Shown: positions 18,316 to 31,171 of the stretch, one piece after another | Layout: each line of letters opens with the position of its first letter | Position numbering within the stretch: position 1 is the stretch's first letter | Origin: Auanema rhodensis | Taxonomy: Eukaryota; Animalia; Nematoda | Reading direction: 5' to 3' | Length of the DNA: 64,000 bases | Assembly: GCA_964057225.1 (NCBI GenBank) | Contig: OZ059894.1 | Coordinates: forward strand, 8,680,001-8,744,000 | Notes under the pieces: generated by a model | What the model saw: only the letters and a program-made list of their open reading frames with translations | Told to the model about the DNA's origin: nothing | The model's database searches: none | Position numbers and translations under genes: made by a program

Positions 18316-18941
18316 TTGTAGCTTCGTGTAGCTCCTATATAAAAGATATGTACAGCTCAATATTGTTGATACGTGTGAACTTGTGTTCTGTACTACATCC
18401 CAAGTTTTGTGATATCACTTTTGAGGATTTCTACTTGAATATACGGTAGACGTTTTCTCTGTTCTTCCATTTACACCCTGCCTCAATATTATGCTTCACT
18501 GTGATTCATTTTCTACGGGGTAGCATGAGGTTTTTCCTGTATAAGTACGTTCCTATTTTCTCAAGTTTTCATTTTTTTTCCTACTTGAAAATCGTGTAAG
18601 CCTGTGCCCTTCTTCAAAGTTACATATATCTTTATTTATTAGCTCTTACATATTACGAGTAGTATGCATCATCTGTTATTTATGTAAACATTTTTTTTTC
18701 TCTGCCGCGCTCTGTTTCCAACCTTTGAAAGTTTTGAAAATGTTTTTCTGTTATCATTGCTCTGATATTCCACCTTTAATGCATGGCTTCGTCTTCAATA
18801 CTTGCTGTTATGAATGTATAGTATTTCGTCGGGTTAATAATGTTCAGAATACCAACAGAGTAATAAAGCTTAACCAAATGACTAATTAGAAACACATAGC
18901 AAGTTCAAAAGTAGTTTAATTTTAAAAGTTCTATATAAGTT

Positions 18942-18942
<1 letters not shown>

Positions 18943-18981
<39 letters not shown>
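18943..18981. repeat. (TA)n microsatellite
   Basis: Visible TA run. Confidence 0.95.
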
Positions 18982-18984
<3 letters not shown>

Positions 18985-19110
18985 TAATCAAAAATCATGC
19001 CGTTAATATTGAATGTTTACATTATTTTTTGATGGAAAAATCAAGAATGGATCGATCCAATAAAATTTTTAATCAAAATGAGCTTACCTATATTACTTCA
19101 CTTTTGAATA

Positions 19111-19497
19111 TCGAAAGGGAATAGAGTTAATATTCTCTAACTTTCATATAGCGATCGTGTCTCTCTGAGGCACTTGGGTGGTAACGCATTCGAACTTGGT
19201 AACGTCATTTCAAAACCGAGCTAGAGTTTTCTTCTCTAGTTTAAGAACGGACTCCCTGGTATTGGTTGATCCAGAGATAGGGACGTTGTTTCAGTAAAGT
19301 ATCGCGGTTTCTGTGGTATCTCGTGCTTTTGAAATGGCCCTTGAACAACCAAGGGAGGCAATCAAGCTATAGCAAACTGTACCGATATCCGCATCAGGTC
19401 TCTAAGGTGAACAGCCTCTAGTCGATAGAATAATATAGGTAAGGGAAGTCGGCAAATTAGATCCGTAACTTTGGGAAAAGAATTGGCTCTAGTGGTT
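19111..19497 (+). pseudogene. Isolated, diverged ~390-bp fragment of 28S (26S) rRNA
   Basis: Contains LSU core sequences CGAAAGGGAAT, GTACCGATATCCGCATCAGGTCTCTAAGGTGAACAGCCTCTAGTCGATAGAATAA and GGTAAGGGAAGTCGGCAAATTAGATCCGTAACTT. Substitutions occur at normally conserved sites, and there is no flanking rDNA. Confidence 0.9.
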
Positions 19498-19972
19498 AGA
19501 ATAGTTGGCTTAAACTTACAACTATGTGTATAAAAGACTTTTATTGAGTTGTCACATCAATCTGATAACATTTTCTATTGAAATGAAACCATAGTTCGGA
19601 AAGACCAATATTGTGTACACGTAATCCTTTTTATCTGTAACTGATAACTTTCGTACTTTTGGATAATGTTCAAAACATCATATAAAGACATTAGCATCTG
19701 ATAATAATAGGTCTTTTGGAATTATATTGAATCACAAGTTGACGTCATAGCAATTTTACTCTACTTCTATATTCCTATAGATATTTAACTCTCAAATTTT
19801 CTCTTATAGATAAAATTTAAAAAACTACGTTTTCTTTTTTTACAAATATATTTTTCTTTTATAAAATTTCTAAAGAACACATTTATGCTCATATTTGATG
19901 AAATTGATTTTATGTAAGCTAGATGTTTAGATAATTCTTATTATTCATAGTAATATTTATACGAAGAAAATC

Positions 19973-22061
19973 ATGAGAATAACATTATTACGAACAGCAA
20001 AATTCTTAGTATTCGTTGGATTCTGCGTGTTAACACTAATAACTAATAACAGGTAAATTTCTGATAGAATCGTTATTGAGCATCAATAACGTTTAACTAG
20101 CTTTAATTCAGCACATCGATAATAAATATTGAATAAGTTTCTTCTAGTGCTATCAGACAAATATATTTTCAAAAAATTGATGTACTAAGCTTTTTGTTCT
20201 ACAATGTATGACAGTAATGATATTGGCAAACATTTCTTGTACAACTATGATAATTGTAAAAGCAATCATACAAGATTTAATGGATTGCTTATCACAAATT
20301 TGCATGTGTTTCTGGTATATTCGTATCAGAACATTCGAATTGTAAGTGTATTCGAATTCAGAATTTTAAAAAAATTTGTATTTTGAATAGAATCTATGTC
20401 GAATCGATTACGGTTCAACAACTAGCCTCTTAAATGAAATGAAAATATTAGTTCTTTAAATAATCAATTAGAAGTTATATTTCAGAATTAAGGAACGTAA
20501 TGAAGGAATAAAAAGAGCTGTAAACCCAAGAAGTAGTACAAATGTTCAAATTTGGTCGTTAAGTCCTGAACTACATGTTGTTTCTGTTGTGAAGGATGGT
20601 CGAAATGGTGATTCATTTTTTGAGAAATTGATACGCACAAGATAAATTAATATTATATTATCATATCTTCATTTTCAGGAAATATGGGGTATCCATTTGT
20701 TCGTCTACTAGTAATGGCAACAACTGATAAACCAAAAACTATGTGTAGATTCCCCAGCGGTGTACAAGTATCAGATATTCAAGAACATTCCCTCACAACT
20801 AATTTTTGAATTCAGACCGTTGGAAGTTACTATGAATTTTCTGAAAATCATATGCAACGATATGGTACTTATTACATTAGCTGTGAAATTCCGAAGAATG
20901 ATAATATGAGTAATGTAAATTGGATAGAAGTATGATTATAGTATTGTTTTTCTGATTTGATGATTGAAACGTTTAGGTCACGACAAATGCAACAGCAGGG
21001 TGGCACATGTTTCCCATTTCTTATAATTTGTTAAGCAATTACGATAATCAGAAGTTTGAAAACGAATATTCAATTTGTGTTCCAACATTGTTTGGAGATT
21101 CATATACAGCAGAACGGTTTGTTGAAGTAAATTAACATGACTTTGAAGAGAATTCACAGTTTTTGTTTATAGTTTGCTGAATTTAACAAGATTCTAGGCG
21201 CGGATAAAATAATTCTATACTTAGTACCTAATACAACTTCAAATAATTTGAAGAAAACCTTCAAACATTATACAGACGAGGGGTATGGTTGTTTATAAGA
21301 TAAAAATATAAGATAATAATATATTTAATTAAGACTACTAGAAATTCGAAATATCAAACTTCCAATTGATGATGGAATTATTTGGTATCATGCTCAGTTA
21401 ATAACAGTTACAGGTTCTTCCTGTCGTATTGCACAAATGAATTTTTAATCATTTACAATTAGATTGTCTGCTGCGAAATACGGGTATCAGTCGATATGTA
21501 TCGTTTAACGATTTAGATGAATTTATGGTTCCAATGAATACGGTAGATAATCTATATTTGTCATTCTTATCTCCAAAATTTAAGACATCTGTGCCGCAAT
21601 ATTTGAACAAAGTTCTAATTGGAAATACAGCTTCATTACGTGTTCAGACTAATTATGTTAACATGAAGTATATTTTAATTCAAAGTAAAAGCTTGTATAA
21701 TCTAAAATTTCAGAGATAAGCGTGCACCAATTGTGAAAAGAAATTCATTTTCCTTGCCAATGCTCGATAAACTGCTCACGAAATGCGTCCTACGTCCTGA
21801 GATGGTTTTCGAGCAGGTTTTACAATTCCGTCTTCGTTTTCATACGTTATGCAACTTCAGGGAATTCACCATACTAGTCGAGTCATTCAAGATCATTTCC
21901 AAGCTATTTCTGGTAATTCAGACGAACTTCGTCTGTTTCACTTTAAACCTAAGCATGGAAGTAAACCTGATAATTTCCTCATCAAATCGTATGGAGAAAC
22001 ACTACAAAGCAATTATGATGAAGTACTTCAACGTCTTCAATTAGGAACTTCTAAGTCATAG
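19973..22061 (+). CDS. Glycosyltransferase family 92 (DUF23) gene, copy 1; 5' exons do not join in an open frame
   Basis: YSICVPTLFG, IWYHAQ, DCLLRNTGISRYVSFNDLDEF and KCVLRPEMVFEQGIHH. Type-II membrane anchor MRITLLRTAKFLVFVGFCVLTLI at 19973. The frame is continuous from ~20392 to the stop. Confidence 0.8.
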
Positions 22062-23144
22062 GTAGTTTTTTGAATTTTTTTCTAATCTTGATCTCCATAT
22101 ATAATATTGTTTAAGTTTCAAAATTAAAGTATCAGGGTTTTTGCAAAAAGTTGTAGTAAAGCTAGATCAGGAAGAGAATGATTGGGGGTAGAGAGAAGCT
22201 TGGTCGAATGACCAAATACATTTGTAAATCAAAGTTAGACCATAATTCTTTGTAACAAAAAAAAAAAGAAATTTAAGCAAACCACGTATTTTTCATATAA
22301 TTTGATTAAACTGATGTGATGCATATTGAGAATATCATGAAGTCCAGCAGTGCAGAGCTGATTCATGAGCTTTTAGTTTTTTAGTTGTGTATTTAGTGTT
22401 GAATAGTATCATGCTGGCCCTTTGTACATTGATTTGAAGTTGAAAAGATGTTAAAACAATCTTTTTTTTCATTTTTAAGATAGAATATGAACTCGTTTTT
22501 GAATGATTTCAATATGTTTGTATATATTTTGTATTTCTATCTAAAGGTGTATGCAAATAAAGTTTTGGAAATTGAATAAAAAAATTTATTTCTTCTTTCT
22601 TAATCATCTTTCTTAATGTAATTCTTATATTGTATTTTATTGTAATCTGATAATGAATTCTTTTCCCTTTAAACATTTTGTCTTAATAAGGAAATCGGTG
22701 CGTTCGTGTCTGCCTACCTAAGGAACATGGTAGAAGTACATATATCTTCTGACCATGAAACGACGGGAAGAGTTATTATGTAACTTGTACACGTAATCCT
22801 TTTTATCTGTAACTGATAACTTTCGTACTTTTGGATAATGTTCAAAACATCATACAAAGACATTAGCATCTGATAATAATAGGTCTTTTGGAATTATATT
22901 GAATCACAAGTTGACGTCATAGCAATTTTACTCTACTTCTATATTCCTATAGATATTTAACTCTCAAATTTTCTCTTATAGATAAAATTTAAAAAACTAC
23001 GTTTTCTTTTTTTACAAATATATTTTTCTTTTATAAAATTTCTAAAGAACACATTTATGCTCATATTTGATGAAATTGATTTTATGTAAGCTAGATGTTT
23101 AGATAATTCTTATTATTCATAGTAATATTTATACGAAGAAAATC

Positions 23145-25233
23145 ATGAGAATAACATTATTACGAACAGCAAAATTCTTAGTATTCGTTGGATTCTGCGT
23201 GTTAACACTAATAACTAATAACAGGTAAATTTCTGATAGAATCGTTATTGAGCATCAATAACGTTTAACTAGCTTTAATTCAGCACATCGATAATAAATA
23301 TTGAATAAGTTTCTTCTAGTGCTATCAGACAAATATATTTTCAAAAAATTGATGTACTAAGCTTTTTGTTCTACAATGTATGACAGTAATGATATTGGCA
23401 AACATTTCTTGTACAACTATGATAATTGTAAAAGCAATCATACAAGATTTAATGGATTGCTTATCACAAATTTGCATGTGTTTCTGGTATATTCGTATCA
23501 GAACATTCGAATTGTAAGTGTATTCGAATTCAGAATTTTAAAAAAATTTGTATTTTGAATAGAATCTATGTCGAATCGATTACGGTTCAACAACTAGCCT
23601 CTTAAATGAAATGAAAATATTAGTTCTTTAAATAATCAATTAGAAGTTATATTTCAGAATTAAGGAACGTAATGAAGGAATAAAAAGAGCTGTAAACCCA
23701 AGAAGTAGTACAAATGTTCAAATTTGGTCGTTAAGTCCTGAACTACATGTTGTTTCTGTTGTGAAGGATGGTCGAAATGGTGATTCATTTTTTGAGAAAT
23801 TGATACGCACAAGATAAATTAATATTATATTATCATATCTTCATTTTCAGGAAATATGGGGTATCCATTTGTTCGTCTACTAGTAATGGCAACAACTGAT
23901 AAACCAAAAACTATGTGTAGATTCCCCAGCGGTGTACAAGTATCAGATATTCAAGAACATTCCCTCACAACTAATTTTTGAATTCAGACCGTTGGAAGTT
24001 ACTATGAATTTTCTGAAAATCATATGCAACGATATGGTACTTATTACATTAGCTGTGAAATTCCGAAGAATGATAATATGAGTAATGTAAATTGGATAGA
24101 AGTATGATTATAGTATTGTTTTTCTGATTTGATGATTGAAACGTTTAGGTCACGACAAATGCAACAGCAGGGTGGCACATGTTTCCCATTTCTTATAATT
24201 TGTTAAGCAATTACGATAATCAGAAGTTTGAAAACGAATATTCAATTTGTGTTCCAACATTGTTTGGAGATTCATATACAGCAGAACGGTTTGTTGAAGT
24301 AAATTAACATGACTTTGAAGAGAATTCACAGTTTTTGTTTATAGTTTGCTGAATTTAACAAGATTCTAGGCGCGGATAAAATAATTCTATACTTAGTACC
24401 TAATACAACTTCAAATAATTTGAAGAAAACCTTCAAACATTATACAGACGAGGGGTATGGTTGTTTATAAGATAAAAATATAAGATAATAATATATTTAA
24501 TTAAGACTACTAGAAATTCGAAATATCAAACTTCCAATTGATGATGGAATTATTTGGTATCATGCTCAGTTAATAACAGTTACAGGTTCTTCCTGTCGTA
24601 TTGCACAAATGAATTTTTAATCATTTACAATTAGATTGTCTGCTGCGAAATACGGGTATCAGTCGATATGTATCGTTTAACGATTTAGATGAATTTATGG
24701 TTCCAATGAATACGGTAGATAATCTATATTTGTCATTCTTATCTCCAAAATTTAAGACATCTGTGCCGCAATATTTGAACAAAGTTCTAATTGGAAATAC
24801 AGCTTCATTACGTGTTCAGACTAATTATGTTAACATGAAGTATATTTTAATTCAAAGTAAAAGCTTGTATAATCTAAAATTTCAGAGATAAGCGTGCACC
24901 AATTGTGAAAAGAAATTCATTTTCCTTGCCAATGCTCGATAAACTGCTCACGAAATGCGTCCTACGTCCTGAGATGGTTTTCGAGCAGGTTTTACAATTC
25001 CGTCTTCGTTTTCATACGTTATGCAACTTCAGGGAATTCACCATACTAGTCGAGTCATTCAAGATCATTTCCAAGCTATTTCTGGTAATTCAGACGAACT
25101 TCGTCTGTTTCACTTTAAACCTAAGCATGGAAGTAAACCTGATAATTTCCTCATCAAATCGTATGGAGAAACACTACAAAGCAATTATGATGAAGTACTT
25201 CAACGTCTTCAATTAGGAACTTCTAAGTCATAG
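23145..25233 (+). CDS. Glycosyltransferase family 92 gene, copy 2 (essentially identical to copy 1)
   Basis: Same sequence at offset 3172. Confidence 0.8.
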
Positions 25234-25941
25234 GTAGTTTTTTGAATTTTTTTCTAATCTTGATCTCCATATATAATATTGTTTAAGTTTCAAAATTAAA
25301 GTATCAGGGTTTTTGCAAAAAGTTGTAGTAAAGCTAGATCAGGAAGAGAATGATTGGGGGTAGAGAGAAGCTTGGTCGAATGACCAAATACATTTGTAAA
25401 TCAAAGTTAGACCATAATTCTTTGTAACAAAAAAAAAAAGAAATTTAAGCAAACCACGTATTTTTCATATAATTTGATTAAACTGATGTGATGCATATTG
25501 AGAATATCATGAAGTCCAGCAGTGCAGAGCTGATTCATGAGCTTTTAGTTTTTTAGTTGTGTATTTAGTGTTGAATAGTATCATGCTGGCCCTTTGTACA
25601 TTGATTTGAAGTTGAAAAGATGTTAAAACAATCTTTTTTTTTCATTTTTAAGATAGAATATGAACTCGTTTTTGAATGATTTCAATATGTTTGTATATAT
25701 TTTGTATTTCTATCTAAAGGTGTATGCAAATAAAGTTTTGGAAATTGAATAAAAAATTTATTTATTTGATAAATAACGTCAAAGCAATATTATTTAACAA
25801 GATTATTTATATTTTGAATATAAATAGATGGAATTTACTTTGTGAGGTTGGGAATGAGATTTTCTTGTTACATACCATGTGCACTTCACGTATACGAGTT
25901 ACATACCATGTGCACATCACGTGTACATTTAATTAGCATAA

Positions 25942-26062
25942 ATTAAAGTTCACGTAAATTTCAAAGTCATGGTTACCATTACACATTAAAGTTCACGTAA
26001 ATTTCAAAGTCATGGTTACCATTACACATTAAAGTTCACGTAAATTTCAAAGTCATGGTTAC
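25942..26062. repeat. 43-bp tandem repeat, ~2.8 copies
   Basis: ATTAAAGTTCACGTAAATTTCAAAGTCATGGTTACCATTACAC starts at 25942, 25985 and 26028. Confidence 0.95.
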
Positions 26063-26248
26063 TAAAGGTGTATGCGAATAAAGTTTTGGAAATTGAATAA
26101 AAAAATTTATTTATTTCATAAATAACGTCAAAACAATATTATTTAACAAGATTACTTATATTTTGAATATAAATAGATGGAATTTACTTTGTGAGGTTGG
26201 GAGTGAGATTTTCTTTTTCTTCTTTGAACAGTTTGGTTCATCTTTCTG

Positions 26249-28223
26249 CTAGTGGTTTAGACAAGCACTTGTTTCATTATTCATGCTATACATGCTTGGA
26301 TTGTCATATACTGATGCAATGCATCTTAATCTATTTTTTTCATTTAAAGCTACAAATTCTTCTGGATAGTAAGCTGGATCGAAATATGGAATCATTCCTG
26401 AAATTGGCGAGAAGTTTATAAAATTTGAGTAAAATTCACAGCTACCTCCATATGGTGCTGGTGCACAGTTGCATGGTTGCTCTTTCCAGGTTGATCCCCA
26501 ATCAGGCTGATAGCTGTAGTTATATCTAAGTTCATCTAATTTTTTTGGCATATCTGGAATGACTTTCAAATTCAAATATATACGCATACTGATATTACCT
26601 TTGCAAGATAGAAGCTTATCTGCCCCAGTTGGAACGTCGAAATACTTACAGAACCATTTGAAAGCTTTGATTCTTCTGGATTCTCCTGGTCCTTAAAACA
26701 TATAAAATGCTAACTTGAAGATTTCAAATGATTTTGCTACCTCCTGGTTCGCCAGCATCTTCTCCATTGCACTCATTATTGATAATAAGAGAAGTAGGCC
26801 CGAAAACTGGTCCAGCGTATCCGGCAGCAGTGTTTTCTTTACCGGCATTCCATTGTCCTGCAACGAATCATTATATGTTTCATATGTTATGATCTTTGTA
26901 TACCCATAACGATGTCATGCATAGCAGGCTTTGGTGGTTGTGGGGTCATATAGAACCAAAGTGATGCCATCATGGCCAAAGGAGGATCCATCTTCGTCAT
27001 GACAAGATTTGGCTCAGCGAGCAAATCAACTTGGATTCCCTTGGATTTCAACCAATCGCCAAATTGACCATAGTTGTAGTTATAGGAAATCTTCAAAATT
27101 AAAAATGTATAATGTATTGAATTATTTTAAAGTACCTGAATAGCACCACGTCCGAAGTAACAAGATTTGAACAATTTAGCTTCATTTTCAGAAGGAACAG
27201 ATGAGTTAGCAGCACAAGGGTACCAATAGTTGAGTTCAGCAGACTCAGCACAATATCTGGATATATTTAAGAATTACCAGGTTTTAGTCAAATTAGTAAC
27301 ATACCTTCCAGAGAATGTACATACTTTTCCATGATCCGGATGATATCCGGGATTTTTAAGTTCTAGGAACAGAGATGTTGGTCCGCCTTCGAACCAATTA
27401 TAGAATCCACCACGATAGAAACAGTTAGCTACTTCTTCGTTTGATAATCCGGTTCTGAAATTTCATACAATGAGTAATATTACAGCCTTACTCCATTATT
27501 TGATCTGCGCTTTCTAAGATCATATTTTAAAAATTTATGATTTTGGGTGTGAATCGAAATTCTCGTCTCAAATTTCAGAAAAGTCTATTACCCGTATAAA
27601 CCGGCATTGTTCTCTCCGGTTTCTTGAACAGCGTGAGCAAAAAAGGCCGCTAGATCTCTACGAGCATTTTCTTCAGGTGTGTAAATCTAGAATTTTAATG
27701 TTTCATGTGAGTTTCGAATGGATTCTATGAATATTACCTCATTAGGGCTGCTAGTAGCAAAATTAGGGAAATAGCGAGCAGCAATGACAAATGCTTCATA
27801 AGAATATGGGAAACAAGCTGAAGGTCCCCATCCAAGATTAGCAAAAGGGAAAAGATCCTATAGTTAAAATTCAATTTACATCTGTACATATGTATCTAAT
27901 GAAAACCTCAAATATTTCTCGGGTGAACCACGATTCTAAATCTGACTTGGGAAGATTGTTTGGATCGCTAGGTAAGACACAATTCTCATCTGGACCCTTT
28001 CCGTATTTGCCTGCTTTAGGACAATCAGCAGCTCTTCCCGTCGAAGGTGATCCAACAATAGGGTCTAAAAATGATTGTTACAATGTTCCTTAAAAGAGAG
28101 AAAGATGGTAAGTAGTTGTTGAGGTTTTTTTAGCCATTGTTGTCATGATTTCCGAAATAACTCACGTAGTAAGCTGAGCAAGACAAATGTTACGGTTACG
28201 ACTTTCTTTGTACGCCTCCCCAT
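26249..28223 (-). CDS. Secreted glycoside hydrolase family 19 chitinase-like protein
   Basis: Signal peptide MGRRTKKVVTVTFVLLSLLHPIVG. GH19 motifs YSYEAFVIAARYFPNF, RDLAAFFAHAVQETG, YFGRGAIQISYNYNYGQF, SLWFYMTPQPPKPAMHD and FGPTSLIINNEC. Confidence 0.92.
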
Positions 28224-30204
28224 AGTCTACACAAGAAAGAATAAGTATATAGTCTTCAAAAACGAGAAAAAGTTTCACGGAACGATAGAAGGAAAGGTAA
28301 GAATGTATTGTGAGAGCCCTTTTAAATACTTTCCAAATAACCGGATTATTAGAGGTGGGATCTAATAAAATGGTAAAAGATGTGTTATAATAAAACAGAT
28401 AAAGATCGGATACAGACAAAGGATATGAATCATTTATTCTATCCCTTTTAGAAATTAACATATAGTCATGTCTGGATTGTACATGTTTTATAAATGTTTG
28501 CACAAATATAAAAATAAAAATCTATTTTTAATTTCAAAACAAAACTGTTTTTTTCTGAAGTTTGTGTAGCTTTAGCTAATAAATATTTTGTACGTTGATA
28601 ACTCATTCACTTATGACATGTCCAATGTTAAGTAATACAGCTAGACAAAGATTTTACTAACGACTCTGATTTTGAAAATCGTTCATTCAGGTTTTGGATA
28701 ATCTACAATGACTTTCTATGAACGTGCTATTTTTATTTTGGGAATCGATGACGTTGCGTTGATCTTTATATTATTTAATATTTAAATTTGAAACTAGCCT
28801 GTTATGATAGAATTAGATTTTATCTCATAATCGGTAAGATTACTAAACAGCCGGTCACCTGTTTGTATTGTAGCTAAAGTAGATATGATTGACCATAGCC
28901 GTTCAAGTAACATCTGTCTGAAATATCAAAGATACAATTTTACTATACGTATAAATTGAAACAATATAGGTAAGAAGAGTTATAGAAACTTTTATAAATA
29001 GCTAGCTGAATAGTGAATTGTCTACATATCCTTAAGGTAGTTTAGATACTGGCATTGAGCAATGAGATAGAAGAATCGTCTGCTAAACTAAGTCAAAAGG
29101 TCTTCCTTCGGAGACAACAAACCGTTGTGATCGACAGACAGGAGCAAGTCAAACTCGTCTATATGTTAGCTCTGAATGAAATGATTTGTCGCAGGACTTG
29201 CGTATGATGGATGGACAATGGACTGAAGATGAAAAACCATCGTCAGCGTTATCGTCATGGTTGTCGAAGCCCAACTACATTTATTGAGAGAACAAGAGAA
29301 TGAGAGTAAGAAATGAGAGAGATCAACAAGATAGAAGCAAATCTAAAGGGGTAATGTGCTCACGGAGATGAAGAGAGAATTATAGAAGAGCAGTGGTTTA
29401 ATTAGGAGCACTACAACCATTTACAACAAAACAAATGTGATGTGCATAACAGATAACTCAAAAGAGCTGGATGACTTAAGCACATAAAAGCTGAGACTTC
29501 ACCTTGTCTGGTCACGTCGACGCTCACGAGCAACTTTTTATTGCCTTATACACACTTAAATATTATTGAATATAACACAATAAACTATGAAATCAATGAC
29601 TAAATACCACTAAACAACCAAACTTATGTAAAAACTCACAAAATGGTTGTACTGTCGTGTCAACGTCGATTAGACATTACCCATTATTAATTTTTACCGT
29701 ATTGTACATTCTCTAGATATTATATAATAAAAAGTTTTTTAAGGTTTTGCAATTAAAAAAAAATATATATATATTTAAAATATACTTTGCACTTTCCCTA
29801 TATTTTGTGAATACTTAAAAGCTGTAGAAGCAACGCAACCAGAATTGTCAGTAGCTTGACTTGATTTCAAGCTCCTAAAGTGACAGATCTGTTTGGTCTT
29901 CAACGCCTTCAAAAGAAGGAAACATATAAAAACAAAGCAATATCTATTTACTCTACAAATACAAATCAAAGAGCCACTGATTTGCCTAAAACTTTCAGAC
30001 ATTAAAACGAAAAATTGTGGGAAAGCCCCATATGGCAAGAATTATGAAATAAGATGTATGCTTCACAAGAATTCTATAAAATATTCATTGTTGTACATAC
30101 TATTTTTAAAGATTTCTTCTAAGGGTTACTCTGTTTACAGGGCATTGTTTCCAGGTTCAATTTAAAACCTTCTCTGAATGCTATGTTCCTTATGCTTTTG
30201 TCTG

Positions 30205-30425
30205 CAAAGATGTTTGTTGAAAGCGACGAAAGGAAGTTCAACCTGTTTCTACTATTACTCCTGTAATAGAATAAACTAGGATCTTATCTTCTATATGTTG
30301 GTCATCATACTTGAACATTTTTCCGTTTTATCTCTTTCAGGATACATTTAGTTTAATATTTGGAAATTTATCTGTTAGGATTGAATGTTCGACCACTTGA
30401 AGTTATTTGGAACTCTTTGAAGTGT
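30205..30425 (+). mobile_element. Possible highly degraded Tc1/Tc3-mariner transposase remnant
   Basis: Short peptides FVESDERKFNL (cf. FSDEKKFNL) and LNVRPLEVIWNSLK (cf. DLNPIENLW) appear in the right order but too close together. No TIRs were found. Confidence 0.3.
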
Positions 30426-31171
30426 ATTTGTGACCAACGAAGCATTGTGAATGCACATATCTACAAATATCTATTTGGATTGTGATGAAACATTTCCTAT
30501 GAGTTTAATGCAACCGGTTAATGAAAATTTTTTGATTATAATGAGAATACCTGCAACTCTTCCACGCTACGTTCACGTGTAACCTCTCCGGAGCAGTGTA
30601 ATGGTAGATATGCTAACGCAGGCAAGTCGTACCTAAGCTTAATCTATACATAGCAAACTTTATGATCAAAATATTTATTGAAAAACATAGCCTTATAGAA
30701 ATATTATGTAAACCGTTGACTATATACAATATATTTCTAGCCATGAGAAGTTGACTAAACGGCCGTTTAAACAGCCGCCGTTCTTTTTTCTATTTACATT
30801 TGACCGGTTCAGAGCAAAAATTTTCATGTGCTTCCTTCTATCCAGTATCCAGAGCACCAACATAGAAGTGAGCAGAAAATGTCATTCTTCCCACATTTCA
30901 CACTCACCTTGGTTTACTACCATTTTAAGGTTCGCACTGATAGTTTATCTAATAACCGCATCACGTGAAGAATAATCTGATTCATTCTTATTCCTATTCT
31001 AGAACAAAACAAGCCAAAATTCCGTATATATTTGCAAAGTATTTGTACCAAAGTTGTTTAAACATCTAACCTTGTCAAATTGGTCTATTATTTGTTCATT
31101 TTTCCTTGGTTTTGAAAACTACATATCTTTCATAATTTAAAAAAAAAACTTTTTTCATTTTTTTAAGCTTG

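Larger units (their letters stand above)
19614..25763. repeat. Near-perfect ~2.98-kb direct duplication (19614-22591 and 22786-25763) with a 194-bp unique spacer
   Basis: By eye, only one SNP (TATAAAGAC vs TACAAAGAC) and homopolymer length differences separate the copies. Confidence 0.95.

Noticed and set aside
19111-19497. Functional rDNA locus
   Set aside because: Only ~390 bp long, mutated at conserved positions, with no 18S, 5.8S or rest of 28S.
20050-20395. Stop-codon reassignment (TAA) to rescue the GT92 5' region
   Set aside because: TAA, TAG and TGA all terminate other genes in the window at the expected positions.
27492-27513. Possible 22-nt micro-exon (TTAG/.../GTAAGG, minus strand) in a long chitinase intron
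   Set aside because: Inclusion shifts the frame, and the flanking exons join correctly without it. A poison exon cannot be supported without RNA data.
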